Assembly: GCA_965285935.1 (NCBI GenBank)
Contig: OZ260667.1
Span: 61,876,001 to 61,940,000 of the forward strand
DNA: 64,000 nucleotides
Source of the DNA: Ophelia neglecta
Lineage: Eukaryota
Reading direction: 5' to 3'
The notes beneath the pieces were generated by a model, which was given only the letters and a program-made list of their open reading frames with translations, did not search any database and was not told the origin of the DNA. Position numbers and translations under genes: made by a program. Shown one piece after another: positions 37,827-50,718 of the stretch (positions within the stretch are counted from its first letter, which is position 1; each line of letters starts with the position of its first letter).

Positions 37827-38618
37827 CGTCTCTCCAGTCGGTGAGTAGGGCTTCATCACATTAAATACCACGCTGACTGTAGGCCGGGGCGGTACAGCTT
37901 CGGCGCTGCATATACTTTAAGGAAAATTAACGAACTAATTGATAAATAAATGAATATAAAATATGATAACAAACCATTGTGACGAGCTTAATGTGCGATG
38001 TGAGATAATTGTTAACAACCTCTAAATGACCTGGGAAATTTACCAGAACTGTCTTTTCTATACACTAATATCCCCAGGTTGCCAATGCGCACAGATATAT
38101 TAAACATTATAATACGTTCCCGAAATAACCAAAGAAATCGTAGCAAACATTTTATTACATTCATTACGCTCCTTCAAGTCAACTATGTGTTAGTGGTCTG
38201 TTGACTAGTTGTTAGTAAATAATTGATTTCCCTTGCGTCTTTCCCTGATTATCTTTAAATAAATGGGTTTTACCTTCCATGCCATTTTTTCAGTATCTGG
38301 TAAGGTTTGGTTTTTGTTTTCAAGTTTCTCTTCTTAGACAATATAGGTTCAATAACAAGAACAATACACTTTGAACTGGGCCAAGTTTCTGGAAGCAATC
38401 TTAACCAAACTTGGATCAAAATCAGGATTAATGTCAAAAAATCAGGTCCAGTAACGGCATCACTCTGCTAGAGACCTTCGCGCTAGTTTGTAAAGACATG
38501 TCTCTCCTCCAGCTTCTTTTTCTTAATACTATTCCATATAAAATTCGATTTGATGCACGTTAATTGTCCTAGTCATATCTGGCAAAAAATCTTGAGCATC
38601 TGTGATAAGGTGAATCAC

Positions 38619-38920
38619 AATGTGTATATCGGACACCCATTGTATTATCGTTCCTAATGTGTATATTGGACACCCAATGTAGTATCGTTCCTAATGTGTA
38701 TATCGGACATCCATTGTATTATCGTTCCTAATGTGTATTTTGGACACATGTTATTATTCCTAACGTAAATATCGTACACACCTTATAAATCATATTGTGT
38801 GTATCGGACACATATTATTTATCATAATGTGTACATTGTACACACCTTATTATTCTTGTCATGTTTATCCGACAATCTTTTTTAATCTTAGTGTATAAAT
38901 CGGACACCAAATTAATATTC
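38619..38920 (+). repeat. About 37-bp minisatellite decaying toward its 3' end
   Basis: aatgtgtatatcggacacccattgtattatcgttcct x3 followed by degenerate units; paralog at 59612-59790. Confidence 0.85.
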
Positions 38921-39403
38921 CCAAGATATATATACCATACAACCATTACGTTTTTAATTATTATTATACTTTTAGTAGTATAAATCCGTAAGATTCACAT
39001 AGCGCTTATCTACCCAACTATGTTCTAGGCGCATTATATTTAAAGCCAAAAAAAAGTAGTATCGAGACAGGTATAAGAAAACATCGTGGTTTTCATAACA
39101 ACCAAACATAATATTGACTGGTCAATGTATTTATATTGTGTGGTTCATAGCTAATCAAACATGACTCCATTAGGCTTTGGGGTTGAACGTGTTTTACAGT
39201 GAGGGCATATACACTGTCAATGTCTTTTTGAACGCAGCAACTAACACAGAACAATGACTATCGATCTTGCAGGGCCCTTATATATCCTTTTCCATTAAGT
39301 CTCCAGGTCTCGATTGTACTATACGCCATGGTTTCCTACCTTTCCTATTTAGTTTCTAGTAGTATAGACCAGCCATTTACCAGACACTAGTTGTGTTAGC
39401 GAC

Positions 39404-39717
39404 ATGGAGGGACGTGAAAGATTTCGGGTGTTTCTGTTCCTTACAATGATAATCTCTTTTGTGTGTTTCGTCGAATGTGAATCTGTTTCCATGCAATACA
39501 TTCAGGGGAACATATGCGCAGCAAACACAATCCAGGTTATGGTTAGAGTTCGTACGGAATGTGCCCTAAAATGTCTCAGCCTAGGAGGGCTTTGTAGAGG
39601 GTTTTATGTAAGACCACAGCAGGCCGGAGACGGCGTTCTCTGTGATCTGGACTCCAGAAAAAACTAGTACTGTGCTGTACTATACAACAACAGTCACTGA
39701 GGAGGCTTACTACCAAG
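39404..39717 (+). pseudogene. Orphan signal+PAN exon 1 (third type, C) with a single +1 frameshift
   Basis: MEGRERFRVFLFL..TECALKCLSLGGLCRGFYV..CDLDS; one extra A in agaaaaaact (about 39658-39663); the correct frame resumes as TSTVLYYTTTVTEEAYYQ g|gtaaa; no exons 2-5 before the next exon 1. Confidence 0.85.
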
Positions 39718-40580
39718 GTAAAAAGAAACTGATTCAGTCATTGAACCGTGATATTGCCGTATTATCTTTTATAAGGCCATCTTTTAGGTAAATAGTGTGT
39801 AGTTTCCCACAGGAATTCCCTAAAATCTATTTGATAATTTATGTTAATATATATGTTATTTGACATATACTTTCGCGATTTTATTCAATTAACACCAGTC
39901 TAAAAAAAGTCAATATTTCTTTTTATTATTTGGAATATTGATTTTGGTACTTGGGCGGCAAATGGTGCCCCTGAGTAAAAAAACAACCTCGACGGTTAAA
40001 TTTCGAAATATAGACATTACAAAAATCGTTTTAAACTAGATGACCTGGACCAATACTGATATCTCTGACATTGATGATGATTATTCAAATGATATTTATA
40101 GAAAGCACAATATGGCCTATATGAAGGAGAAACATTTATTGAATTTAATTGTCTACAGCCGTCTGAAAAGACCCGATGATGTTTTACAAAAATCAAAAGG
40201 CTTTGCAGGCTGCTACCCCCTCCTTCCAAATAAAAACCACCCGCAGTCCGCAAAGCGCCTCCCTGTCCCACCACCACCCTTAGCCCTCCGCCCCGCCGCG
40301 CCGCGCCCCCTCCCTACATCCTCACCGAAGCAAATATCCTCCCCAAAAATTGACGGCAGGTCCGTAATGAAGACAAAATAAATCAATGACGATTGACAAA
40401 TTCCTTCCTTTGTACTCTTTCGAATAGGTAAATATAATTGTGTGCCACATTCAAAGTGGATCACCATTGTGTTTGCAATATCTTGTTAAAGTATATCAAT
40501 AATCATTGACTTTCATTGTATCTGGTCGATGAAACGTCGACATCAACGAACAGAAGTAAATCATAGATCATTAATATAAT

Positions 40581-40670
40581 AAGTGTAGAGGGTTTGTTGT
40601 GAGACCAAAGCAGAAGGAGACGGTTTTCTCTGATATTTGGACTCCGCTTACACTAGCAGTCTACTGAATT
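40581..40670 (+). pseudogene. 90-bp fragment of an A-type exon 1 between two copies of an upstream segment
   Basis: aagtgtagagggtttgttgtgagaccaaagcag..tggactccgct..ctactgaa; flanked by direct repeats 40390-40575 and 40671-40850. Confidence 0.85.
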
Positions 40671-40998
40671 GATATATTCCTTCTTTTGTACTTTTTACAA
40701 TAGAAATAAACAATTGTGTGCCACATTCAAAGTGAATCGCCATTGTCTTGGCAGTATCTTGTTTGAGTCTGTCAATAATATTGACTTTCGTTGTATCTGA
40801 TCGATGAACCGTCGATATCAACGAACAGAAGTTAACCACTGGCCATTACTACATTGATCATACCCGTTCTGAGTCTGTGCAAACATGATAAACCAAATAA
40901 GAAGGGTCCTGGAGTAGGGAAGTTGCTATAACAATAGGACGCAAACATTACAAAGTATTGACTTTCCACCAGACAGTCAGTCTAGTAGCGGTAACAAC

Positions 40999-43900
40999 AT
41001 GGCGAGGAGGGACAGGTTCCTCGTGTTCCTCTTTAGTATAATGCTGGTCTGTTTGGCGTCCTGCGTCCAAGACGATCTTTCTATGATATTTTATAAGCAA
41101 AATATATGTGCCACAAATCTCATTGAGATTTTAGTACCTGGTCGTTCTGAGTGTTCCATGGAATGTTTCACAAGAGGAACAAAGTGTAGAGGGTTTGTTG
41201 TGAGACCGAAGGAGGAAGTAGACGGTATTCTCTGTTATCTGGACTCTGCTAACACTAGCACTCTGCTGAGTTTTACGGGGACAGTCACAGAGGAAACTTA
41301 CTACCGAGGTAACGTAAGCATAAATAGTTCAAACGTTAATTTTACGGAGACGACTTACCTTCAATCCCATTGTTAAGAGTCAGTTTCCGGTTGTTCCTGT
41401 TGGTAAGACACACAGGTTAACGGTGCTCATGTTTATCAAAGAGACAAGTTTCGAGACACGTTTCGGGATTTCCTGTTGGTAGGTGAGTTTTGTTCTCGTT
41501 GTTTCTATTGATCAGAGATACAGGAAAGGGTTCCTGCTTGTAAGAGAAACATGTTCTGGTGTTCCTTTTTCTAGAAGAGTGGTTCCGGTTCCTGTTGGTA
41601 TAAGAGAAGGGCTCCGTTTCCAGTTTGTAGGTCATCCTCTTAGTAAAATTGACATGACCCAGTTGTTACCATTGGTAGAAGAGACATGTTCCATTGGTAG
41701 GAAAGACACTGTCCTATTTCCGATGGTCGGAGAAACACCTTTCTGTTGCTCCTCTTGGTAGTTAGAGTTGTTCCCGGGTTTTCCTGTCCGTGAGGGGGCA
41801 GGTCAAAGGTGTTACTCTTGGTAGGAGAGACAGGTTTCCGTTCCCTTTGGTTTGCAATTTCATTATATTAATGATATTGGTGTCTATTGATACAAATACA
41901 TAACTCATTCGAAGAATACTTTGTTTTAGAGATTAATACGTCATAGCATCGACCGTTTCTTGGGACATATATCACTTACAATGGTTTTAGCAACATCGTG
42001 TACACATTCGAATCGTTAGAATACAAATTATACAATCTCGATACTGACCGTGGTGAAATGAGACAGGGGGCCTGTCATTTCTATTCATAACTATGAAATT
42101 CTTTTTGGTATTTTGCGTCGAGATTTGACTTTTTCCATAAGATTTACCAGGGTCAAGCTATGCGAAACCAATACCATTGAAATTTGGTTAAGGTCTATGT
42201 ATAATGTACGTAATAATGTGTGAGAAGTAAACGGCTGTGTAGAAGGTATTCTGTGAGAATAAAGCAGGACGGCGTTCTCTGTGATCTAGACTGGTAATAC
42301 TAGTAGTATGGTGTATTTTCAGCATCAGATATTTAGGACACCTTCTTCCAAGATAACAAAACAGCATATATAGTAGTATATATGTAGTACCATCATTATG
42401 TTTTCTGATAATACTTATTTAGCACACAACATGCAATACAGTTTCTTATGGCTTCACCCACGACTTTTGTATAAAACACAATAACAAACGTTTATTTCTT
42501 TGCCATACGAGGACACATTATATTGGGCTTTGCGATCTATCCACTTTCACTATTTTGATGCAATAAAATAAATTATTTGTACAATCAAAATAGTCTACAA
42601 ATTGAAAGCTATTTTTCGTAGTATTGCTTGTATGAAATGCCAAATATTACTTGCAGCGGAATAATATTTGACAGTAATAAAAGTAGTATGTTTTGCCACT
42701 TTTGTTATTAACAGAAGATCGGGTTACTTCTTTGAATGTTGATTTTAGCAATATTCTAATTCCGAACTACTTATGGTATAAAAAACATTATAAGTACATC
42801 GTTATCTACTGTTGTATTGTTTCTAATTCTATTAACGGCATTTCAGAATATGCAACAGTTCGATCAGTGGAAGAGGCAACAGGTAGGGAACTACTTTGGT
42901 ACCCATCTCAAACTCTAATATATATTAATCCGCCAATGATTGTTTTTTACTTACTAACCATAAATCACAATAATAGTACTCCGGGAGGCTGCCCTATTAT
43001 CACAACAATGATTAAGCCTCCCATTTGGATATAGATTAGGCTGAGACAATGTCACATTGGAGATCGATAGTCCACTTGGTTAATACAGGAACAGGTGCAG
43101 CTGAGAGATTTTTATTTAGGCATCAACTAGTTAACGCTCATTGCTGTATCTACCCATCTGTTAATATGGAATGCCGGTACCAGCCGCTCTATTTTTTCTT
43201 CTAGTTGTAAAACACAGTTTATAAAACAAATATGTAATGTTTCAATCCCATTAATGGATGTGTTTTAGGGGCCCCTCATCCCGCTGTAATATTTAGCATC
43301 CTCGAGGTAAATACAGAGCTAATGTAAATATACAGCACTCTTATGCTGAACTCCTTTTCGAAACTATAAATAATCTTGTGGAGGTGCAATAGTTGAAAGG
43401 GGCTCGGTAGTGGTTATAAACATAGTAGTACACGGCGGATGTGGGAAGAGCAAAACCATTTTCCATTACGTGCTATTTTAATACTACTCTTAGCAAAATG
43501 ATTTTTGGGGTTCCTTTAGTAAGGATGCCCTGATCCTAAGGACCCCATATTTTTTAATCCAGTTTTAAATACTTGCTTTTCCTTTTAGCCTTAATCACCA
43601 CCACAGGACGACTCCTGTCAGCCTCCTCCTCATGGCAATCTCGAGCAGATCACGGGCCTCAATGTTCGGTCCTCGGTGTCCCTACTCCTGTCAGCTGTAT
43701 CAGCAATGCTTGGGCTTCTGACACTCCGATGGTCAATGATTGGATTCAGGTGGGCTTAAGTTATTATTGAACATTTGATTTAAACAATCTTTCTAAAATT
43801 TGTAAGTTGTTATTGATATGGGTTGTCATAGCCGATGAATTATGGTTTTCTTCGCAAGTATAGTATAACGTACTAATTGATATTAAGACTGTATGTTTGT

Positions 43901-45231
43901 TCAGTATGGTTACAATGTTCAGTAGTGTGATATACCGTTATATCTTACAATTCGCCCAAGTGAATAAAATTTCAACCTGTATGGCTTATAACAAGAAAAA
44001 TTGAACTTTTTTTTTACTTTCAGATTTTCATCTCCACAATAAGTTACCATAGAGATGGGCCATTTTTTTAATGTAAAAAAGAATTATAAGAATATCTGAC
44101 ACTGGGCTTATATTAGGCGACATGATAAATTTTTATATCATAATAAGATTGATTAACCTGAGGTGTCGGACACGTTCAAAATTCCCGACTATTAAAGGAA
44201 TATTGATTGTGGTAGTTTGGCGGCAAGTTACATTTTCGTCTTATACGTGACTGTTCATCAAATTAGTTTTTAATTGATTTATATTTGGTTATGATTGTAG
44301 GCGGACCTTGGTATACCTTACGGTATAGTCGCCATTGCCACAAAAGGACGAAAATCTGGCCCCTCACAGTGGGTAACGTCATACAAGCTAGCCACCTATG
44401 ATGGAAGTAATGTCATATTTTACCCCAATGGGGTAGAAGAAACAGCCAAGGTAAGGCACAGGGAGCATATCTAGAAAATCTCAATTGTTATCACTAAATG
44501 ACTTATATAATCGTGGGGCCAAATGAGCCACGGTTTCTCTATTATTGTCGTCAGATAACTGCGGAAAGCAAGACTAAATAAAGTATCCAGTTAGAAATAT
44601 ATACAATGCAATTTTCTGACAATGAATATTTTAGAATACTTTTAAATTTGTATTATATTGGTGCAAGTATTATACCTAGATACTATTTATATACTATGCT
44701 ATAAGCATGTCTCTCTACCAACCTTTTAACAGAACCTAAGCCCAGTGAACCTGTTGTGCTAGTACATTATGCTGTGATAGTAATTTCATCTTTAGAACAG
44801 GTCCCCGATTTAAGCTTATATTACACATAATAATGTGTTCTCCGCATTAATGCTATCCTACCTATTATACAGGATTTGCAATATAAGGTTGTTATTTACA
44901 TATGTAAAGGTCTCCGATATAAGGTTATACACTGTAATGGTTGTATGATATTAGTTTATGTGACGTATATTTAAGTGACCCAGGCGTAACTATATATACG
45001 GGCAAAAGCATCTACCGTGTCAAATGACATTTGTTAACACCCATTTGTTTTTATTTTGTTATACTTCTTTTATTGTTTCTTCAGCTTTTCATTGGAAACT
45101 CTGACAAGGATACGGAAGTGAAGCACACCCTGTGTCCCCCTCTAGTGGCCAGAAGAGTAAGGCTGTACCCTATTACGTTCAGCGGTTACTGTAGTCTCAG
45201 GTGGGAGCTGTACAGCTTCGCACCTGCATAA
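40999..45231 (+). CDS. Secreted PAN/apple + F5/8 type C protein, subfamily A copy A2
   Basis: Exons 40999-41308, 42847-42882, 43589-43749, 44301-44450, 45085-45231; all GT-AG; 804 nt = 267 aa + stop. Confidence 0.92.
41370..41845 (+). repeat. Degenerate ~30-bp tandem repeat in intron 1 of A2
   Basis: Recurring tttccggttgttcctgttggtaagagac-like units; a short related stretch occurs at about 2880-2910. Confidence 0.7.
42050..42355 (+). pseudogene. Decayed signal+PAN exon-1 copy inside intron 1 of A2
   Basis: ttctattcataactatga, tatgcgaaaccaataccattga, ggctgtgtagaagg, gacggcgttctctgtgatctagac; donor lost (caag|at); same position and 3' flank as the 3251 copy in A1. Confidence 0.78.
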
Positions 45232-46279
45232 ATCAGACGGAAACGAAGATTAATTGACCGAAATATGAGTGAACCGATAATACAACAAGCTATTACGATA
45301 ATTGAAAGCGATGAGCACGGTCAGAAAATCCAGTACACGCTTACGATCTCCAAACGACCTTGGACATTAATCCTGACCCTCTGCTTATATACCGACTAAT
45401 CTTTACCTTGTTAAATATATATCAATATAGAAGGATTCTGTGCGAACAAGGTCATATTCAGCATAATAATATGTTAGTAATGTAACCTAGTTTACAATGG
45501 GAAACACGTATGAGATCCAGTTAACGACCTCCAAACAACCTTGGACATTGATTGTATTCCTCTTTGTTTATACCATGTTTAATCTTTACCTAAATGACCA
45601 TAAATTAGTTGTTTGGGTTGTTTTTGCAACCAATTTATATTACACATAACAATATGTCTGTGATAAATCTAGTTTACCATGGAAAAAGGAGGGTGGCATA
45701 AATATACAGGAAGATCATGTATATAAATCGTGTGTGAAGGGTGTCGGAACCCATTGGGTCAATATTTGCTTTCCTTAAAATAACCAAATCAAATTTATTA
45801 TTTGTTAGTCGTTTGCTGGCAAATTTGTTTAAATTCATACTTCTCCATGTTCTGTTTCACAGTTAAAAGCATACCCTGCGAGCCTCCATAACATTTACCA
45901 TTAGTGAACATATTGCTTGGTTTTAATTTTACCTCACGTACGATATCAGGAGTGTATATTCCTTTGGGCAAGATGCGGTAGGCGTTATAAATACATTTTT
46001 ATCAGGTCTGTAGTACTTCCAGAAACATGAAAACGAAAACTTACAAGGGTGTATGTTCTCTCGTGCTAGTTAATTGTCTTAAGCTGGTGTAAGCGTAGGC
46101 CGTCTTTAAAACCCAGGGTTTTTATTCCGAGGAAAGGCAAACATGAACCAAATCTGTGGAGAACAGTTTTTATAATTTGAGACCTGTTGGGTACTACTAC
46201 TAAGTCAGCTGTAAAATAATTGGGTTTTGTCGTTTTTATTTAGGGAGTTAACATGTTTATCATTATTCAACAGAAGAGC

Positions 46280-46430
46280 AATCAGGCATTGATGTTAATA
46301 AGGTTTTAACGCAGTCTGAGCAGTCTGAGCAGTCAGGCATTGATGTTAATAAGGTTTTAACGCGGTCTGAGCAGTCTGAGCAGTCAGGCATTGATGTTAA
46401 TAAGGTTTTAACGCGGTCTGAGCAGTCTAG
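46280..46430 (+). repeat. 51-bp tandem repeat x3
   Basis: tcaggcattgatgttaataaggttttaacgcggtctgagcagtctgagcag at 46282, 46333 and 46384; single unit in paralogous flanks (about 7935 and 51465). Confidence 0.92.
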
Positions 46431-46702
46431 GTTTACCCATAGAGACTTCAATAGCGACAAAGTAGATAAAGCAACATCCCTGGCTCTGCTTGAATAAAAC
46501 ACAAAAGGTCTGGGACTTTTCTGCCGTTAAGCAGTGCACACAAGTAGCCGTCGGCAGTGTAGAACTATAATCTGGCCATCCTCCGAAAAAGAATAACACG
46601 TAATTATCAAGTACAAACTGTTTGGGTTTTGTCTGGAATTTTCCTTTAAAGGTTTGAACACAAGTTTCAAAAATCTAATCTTGTTATAATCTTGTTATAG
46701 CC

Positions 46703-47012
46703 ATAGGGGGACGAGACAGGTCCCGCGTTCTGTCCATAACTATGATAGTCTCTTTGGAGTTTTGCATCATCTGTAAAAATGTTTCCATGTTCTTTAGCAA
46801 ACAGAACATATGCGCAACAACAACCAATAAGGGTTTAGTTAAAAGCCTTGTGGAATTCGCCCTGAAGTTTCTCAGCAGGGCAGGGTTGTGTAGAGCGCAT
46901 ACGGTGAAATAACATCAGTGCAGAGACGGCGTTCTTGGTGATCTAAACCCAGGCATCACAAGTAAGGCTGTATTGTACAGCAAATGTCATCGACGAGGCG
47001 CCTACAATCAAA
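46703..47012 (+). pseudogene. Decayed full-length signal+PAN exon-1 copy
   Basis: ATA in place of ATG, then GGRDR..; cagaacatatgcgcaaca; gccctgaag; gggttgtgtagag; ends at caaa|gtaacc donor. Confidence 0.8.
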
Positions 47013-47729
47013 GTAACCATCCTTTTTAGTCTTCAAACTGTAATAATTTCCCCTCTTCTCGAAGCATTATATTGAATTACGCTACTGCTTATATCTAATT
47101 GTGGAAAACAACCGCAGCAGGTATCGCATGAAAACGAACAGTCGTGGTATACTACTCATAATTGATCAGCGGCCCGGAAAGGGAGGAGTCATTTGATCTA
47201 AATTACCAATGCACGTTGAAGGTATAGATTACTTAGGTCATTCAAATAATGTAGGTCAGTTAGCAACAATATTTCAATATTAAATGATGGCAGAATATAA
47301 CACGTTTTAGAAAATCCACCTACACAGTTGAAAGTAACACTAGCAACCTGTTGCTGACCGTTTTTTCTTTATTTGTTATCAGGCTTCAAGGTGAGAAATG
47401 TGCAGCTTGGTATGTGTAAGTTATAAACACTCTAAATGATGAATTCTGAATTGATCCTGAATACCAAGTTAAATATTTATATCAGACACCCATTTATACT
47501 CCTAGATCATATATATCATTATTACAACCGTAGCCGGTTAGATAAACGTTCTGTCCCTAGTGCGGATATCGGGCACCTATTTTATAGGTGCTATAACCAT
47601 GGGTTGCAGAAGCAACTTCCCTTTAAACTACCTGATTATGTTTGGAATTGATCGAAACACCTTGATTATATAATTCTAACTGTATCTTCTGTATGAATAT
47701 CTAATACAAGGTGCAAAGACTTGCATATC

Positions 47730-48160
47730 TGAGGCTCCGGCTTGCCCTGTATGCCCTGTATTCCCTGGCATGACCTGACAGTCACTGGCATACCCCTGTA
47801 TGCCCTGGCAGGCCCCGGCTCGTCCTGACATGGCATGGCCCTGGAATGAACCGGAGTGCTACTGCTCCGGCGCGGGCCTTTGAATGCCCCGGAAGGGGCT
47901 GGCAGGCCCTGCCAGTCTCTGACAGCCCATAAAATGCCTCCTAATGCAGCCCTGGCTAGTAGTATAATATCATCCCCTCCCCTGGTTGTGCCTGACGTGC
48001 TCTGGGGGGCTTTTGAATGCCTTGGAAGGCCCTGGAATGAGCTGGCAGGCCCTACCAGGCACTGGCAGCCTATGGAATGCCTCCTTAAGCTGCCCTGGCT
48101 AGTATTTGCATATCATCTCCTCCCCTGGTTGTACCTGGCGTGCTCTAGGGAACCTGGCCT
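47730..48160 (+). repeat. GC-richer degenerate gccctggca repeat
   Basis: Many gccctgg(c/a)a / atgccc units and a duplicated atcatcccctcccctggttgt segment. Confidence 0.7.
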
Positions 48161-49056
48161 AAAACAAACTACGCCATATTTTCATTGTTGTTATCATTCA
48201 TGATAAACAAATAATAAATTATGAACAGAATATCAACTCAAACCCTTGGCTGGCCTAATATTGGGCGACATGATATTTTCTTACATCAAAATAAGGCTGT
48301 TTAAACTTCTGAGGTGTCGGATACCGTCTATATTTCTTTTTATAGCAGGAAATATTGATTTTCGCTAGTTAGCCGGTAAAAAGGTGTCCCTGACTAAATA
48401 ACAACCTCGACAGGTAAACTTCAAAATATGGATATTACAAGAATCCTTTTTGACTGGATGATTTGGGCCTAAACTGCTATCTTTGACACTGATGAAACAT
48501 TTTTAAATTAAATTGTGGATATTACAAGAATGTGTTTTGACGGGATAATCATAAATACTATATTAGACATTGATGAAACATTTATTAGATTAAATTGTCA
48601 AAAGCTGTCTGAAAGAATCAGATAATGTCCTACAAGAATCAAAAGGTTTTGCAGCCTGCAAACCCCCTTCCCCTCTAATAAAACCACCTGCAGCCCGCAA
48701 AACGCCACCCTCAGCCCCCCCCCCCCCCGTCCCCTACCTATCTCGTCTCCGAAGTACATGTCCTCCCCAGGTATACATTAAATGAGGGCAGGTCCGTATT
48801 GTGGACAAAATAAAGCAATGAAGATTGATATGCTTGCAGTATCTCGTTAGATTATATCAATAATTATTGACTTTCACTGTCGATATCAACGAACAGAAGT
48901 AAACCATAGACCATTGACACATTGGTCAAAGCCGTTCTGTGTCTAAGAAACCAAACAAGAAGGGTCCTGGAGTAGGGAAGTTTCTATCATAATAGGAAGC
49001 AAACATAACAAAGGATTGCCATTCACCTAGGTATTCAGTCTAGTAGCGGTAACAAC

Positions 49057-50718
49057 ATGGAGAGGAGAGACAGGTTCCGCGTGTTCCTCTTCAGTATAAT
49101 GCTGGTCTGTTTGGCGTCCTGCGTCCAAAACGATCTTTCTATGATATTTTATAAGCAAAATATATGCGCCACCAATCTCATTGAGATATTAGCTGAGGGT
49201 CGTTTTGAGTGTTCCATTGCATGTTTGACCAGAAGAACCAAGTGTAGAGGGTTTGTTGTGAGACCAAAGCAGGAAGGAGACGGTATTCTCTGTTATCTGG
49301 ACTCCGCTAACACTAACACTCTACTGAACTTTCCGGGGACAGTAAGAAAGGAGACTTACTACCAAGGTAACGTACAAATATTTTTTAAGTACTTAAATAT
49401 TACAAATACATCGTAATATACATAATAGGTATTTAGAGAATAACAATAACACCATATTATACATTTCAGGGTATGTGCCGTTTCAATCGGTCCAAGAAGC
49501 AACAGGTAGGATACTACTTTGGTACTCATATTAAACTCATATATATCAATCCGCCAACCATTGTTTTCTACTTACTAACCACAAATCACAATAATATGAC
49601 TCCTATGGGGCTTCCCTATCATCCAGACGTTGTTTAATTTTAACGTGTGATATAGTTTTAGCGCAGGTCATGTCATGTTGGTGAAGGATGGTCCACTTAG
49701 TTAAATCAATGGTGCAAATGAGATGTTATCATTTTGGCAATTAATAATTAACATTTATTGTTGTACATTCCCACTGGTTAATCTGGTATGCCGGGGAGGT
49801 AAGGCCAATTCCATTCTTTCTTCAAGTTGTAAAATACAGTTCTAGAACAATAATGAAATGTGCCCATCGTATTGGAAGTCACCCCAATTAATAGTTGTTT
49901 GTTAGGGGGTTCTCATCAAGGACATATTTTGAATCATCGAGGCAAATTCCTGGCAAATGTAGATATGCAGCACTCCTTTGCTGAACTCCTTTTCGAAATT
50001 ATAAATGATTTTGTGGAAGTGTAATAGTTGAAAGGGGTTTGTTTGTGGGTGCTAACAAAGTAGTACTTAGAAAATCTCAATTGTTATTACTAAATGACTT
50101 ATATAATCATGTGGCCAAATGATCGCCGCTTATTTTCTGAAAATTGACAGTTTAGAGTATGTTAAAATTTTATTATATCGGTGTAAGTATTATACCTAGA
50201 TACTATTTATATCCAGCGTTGGGAGCAAATGTCTCTCTACCAAAATCTAAGACTACCTAAGCCCAGCGAACCTGTTGTGCTAGTACATTATGCCATTTAA
50301 GGTTATATTACATATATTAATGTGTTCTCCGCCATAAAGCTATTCTACATAATAAAGAGGATTTTCAATGTAAGGTTGTATTTCTCATATGCAAATGTCT
50401 CCAATATAAAGTTATACTTACTAACGGTTGTCGGACATAAGTTTATATTACCTATATCTAAATAACCCTGAAGTAGTTATATAATCCTATAAAAGCTTCT
50501 GCAGTATCTTATGAATATCCGTTAACTACCACTTGTGCACATTTGACATACGTCGTTTATTCTTTCTGCAGCTTTTCAGTGGTAACTACGACAAGTATAC
50601 GGAAGTGAGGCATACCCTGTGTCCCCCTCTAGTGGCCAGAAGAGTAAGGCTGTATCCCATTACGTACAGCGGTCACTGTAGTCTCAGGTGGGAGCTGTAC
50701 AGCTTCGCAGCTGCCTAA
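49057..50718 (+). pseudogene. Subfamily A copy A3 lacking exons 3-4 (PAN-only product or pseudogene)
   Basis: Exons 49057-49366, 49470-49505 and 50572-50718 are intact; intron-2 sequence joins intron-4 sequence at about 50066; splicing exon 2 to exon 5 is out of phase and gives ..EAT-AFQW* (119 aa, stop 50583-50585). Confidence 0.85.

Noticed and set aside
38619-38920. CRISPR-like array
   Set aside because: Head-to-tail minisatellite without unique spacers, eukaryotic context, no cas genes; the same applies to the 46-bp and 51-bp repeats.
40040-40381. 113-aa proline-rich ORF
   Set aside because: Arises from a C-rich tract; the paralogous region at 48460-48810 does not preserve the frame.
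47856-48203. 115-aa ORF
   Set aside because: Lies in a degenerate GC-rich tandem repeat, non-ATG start, no domain features.
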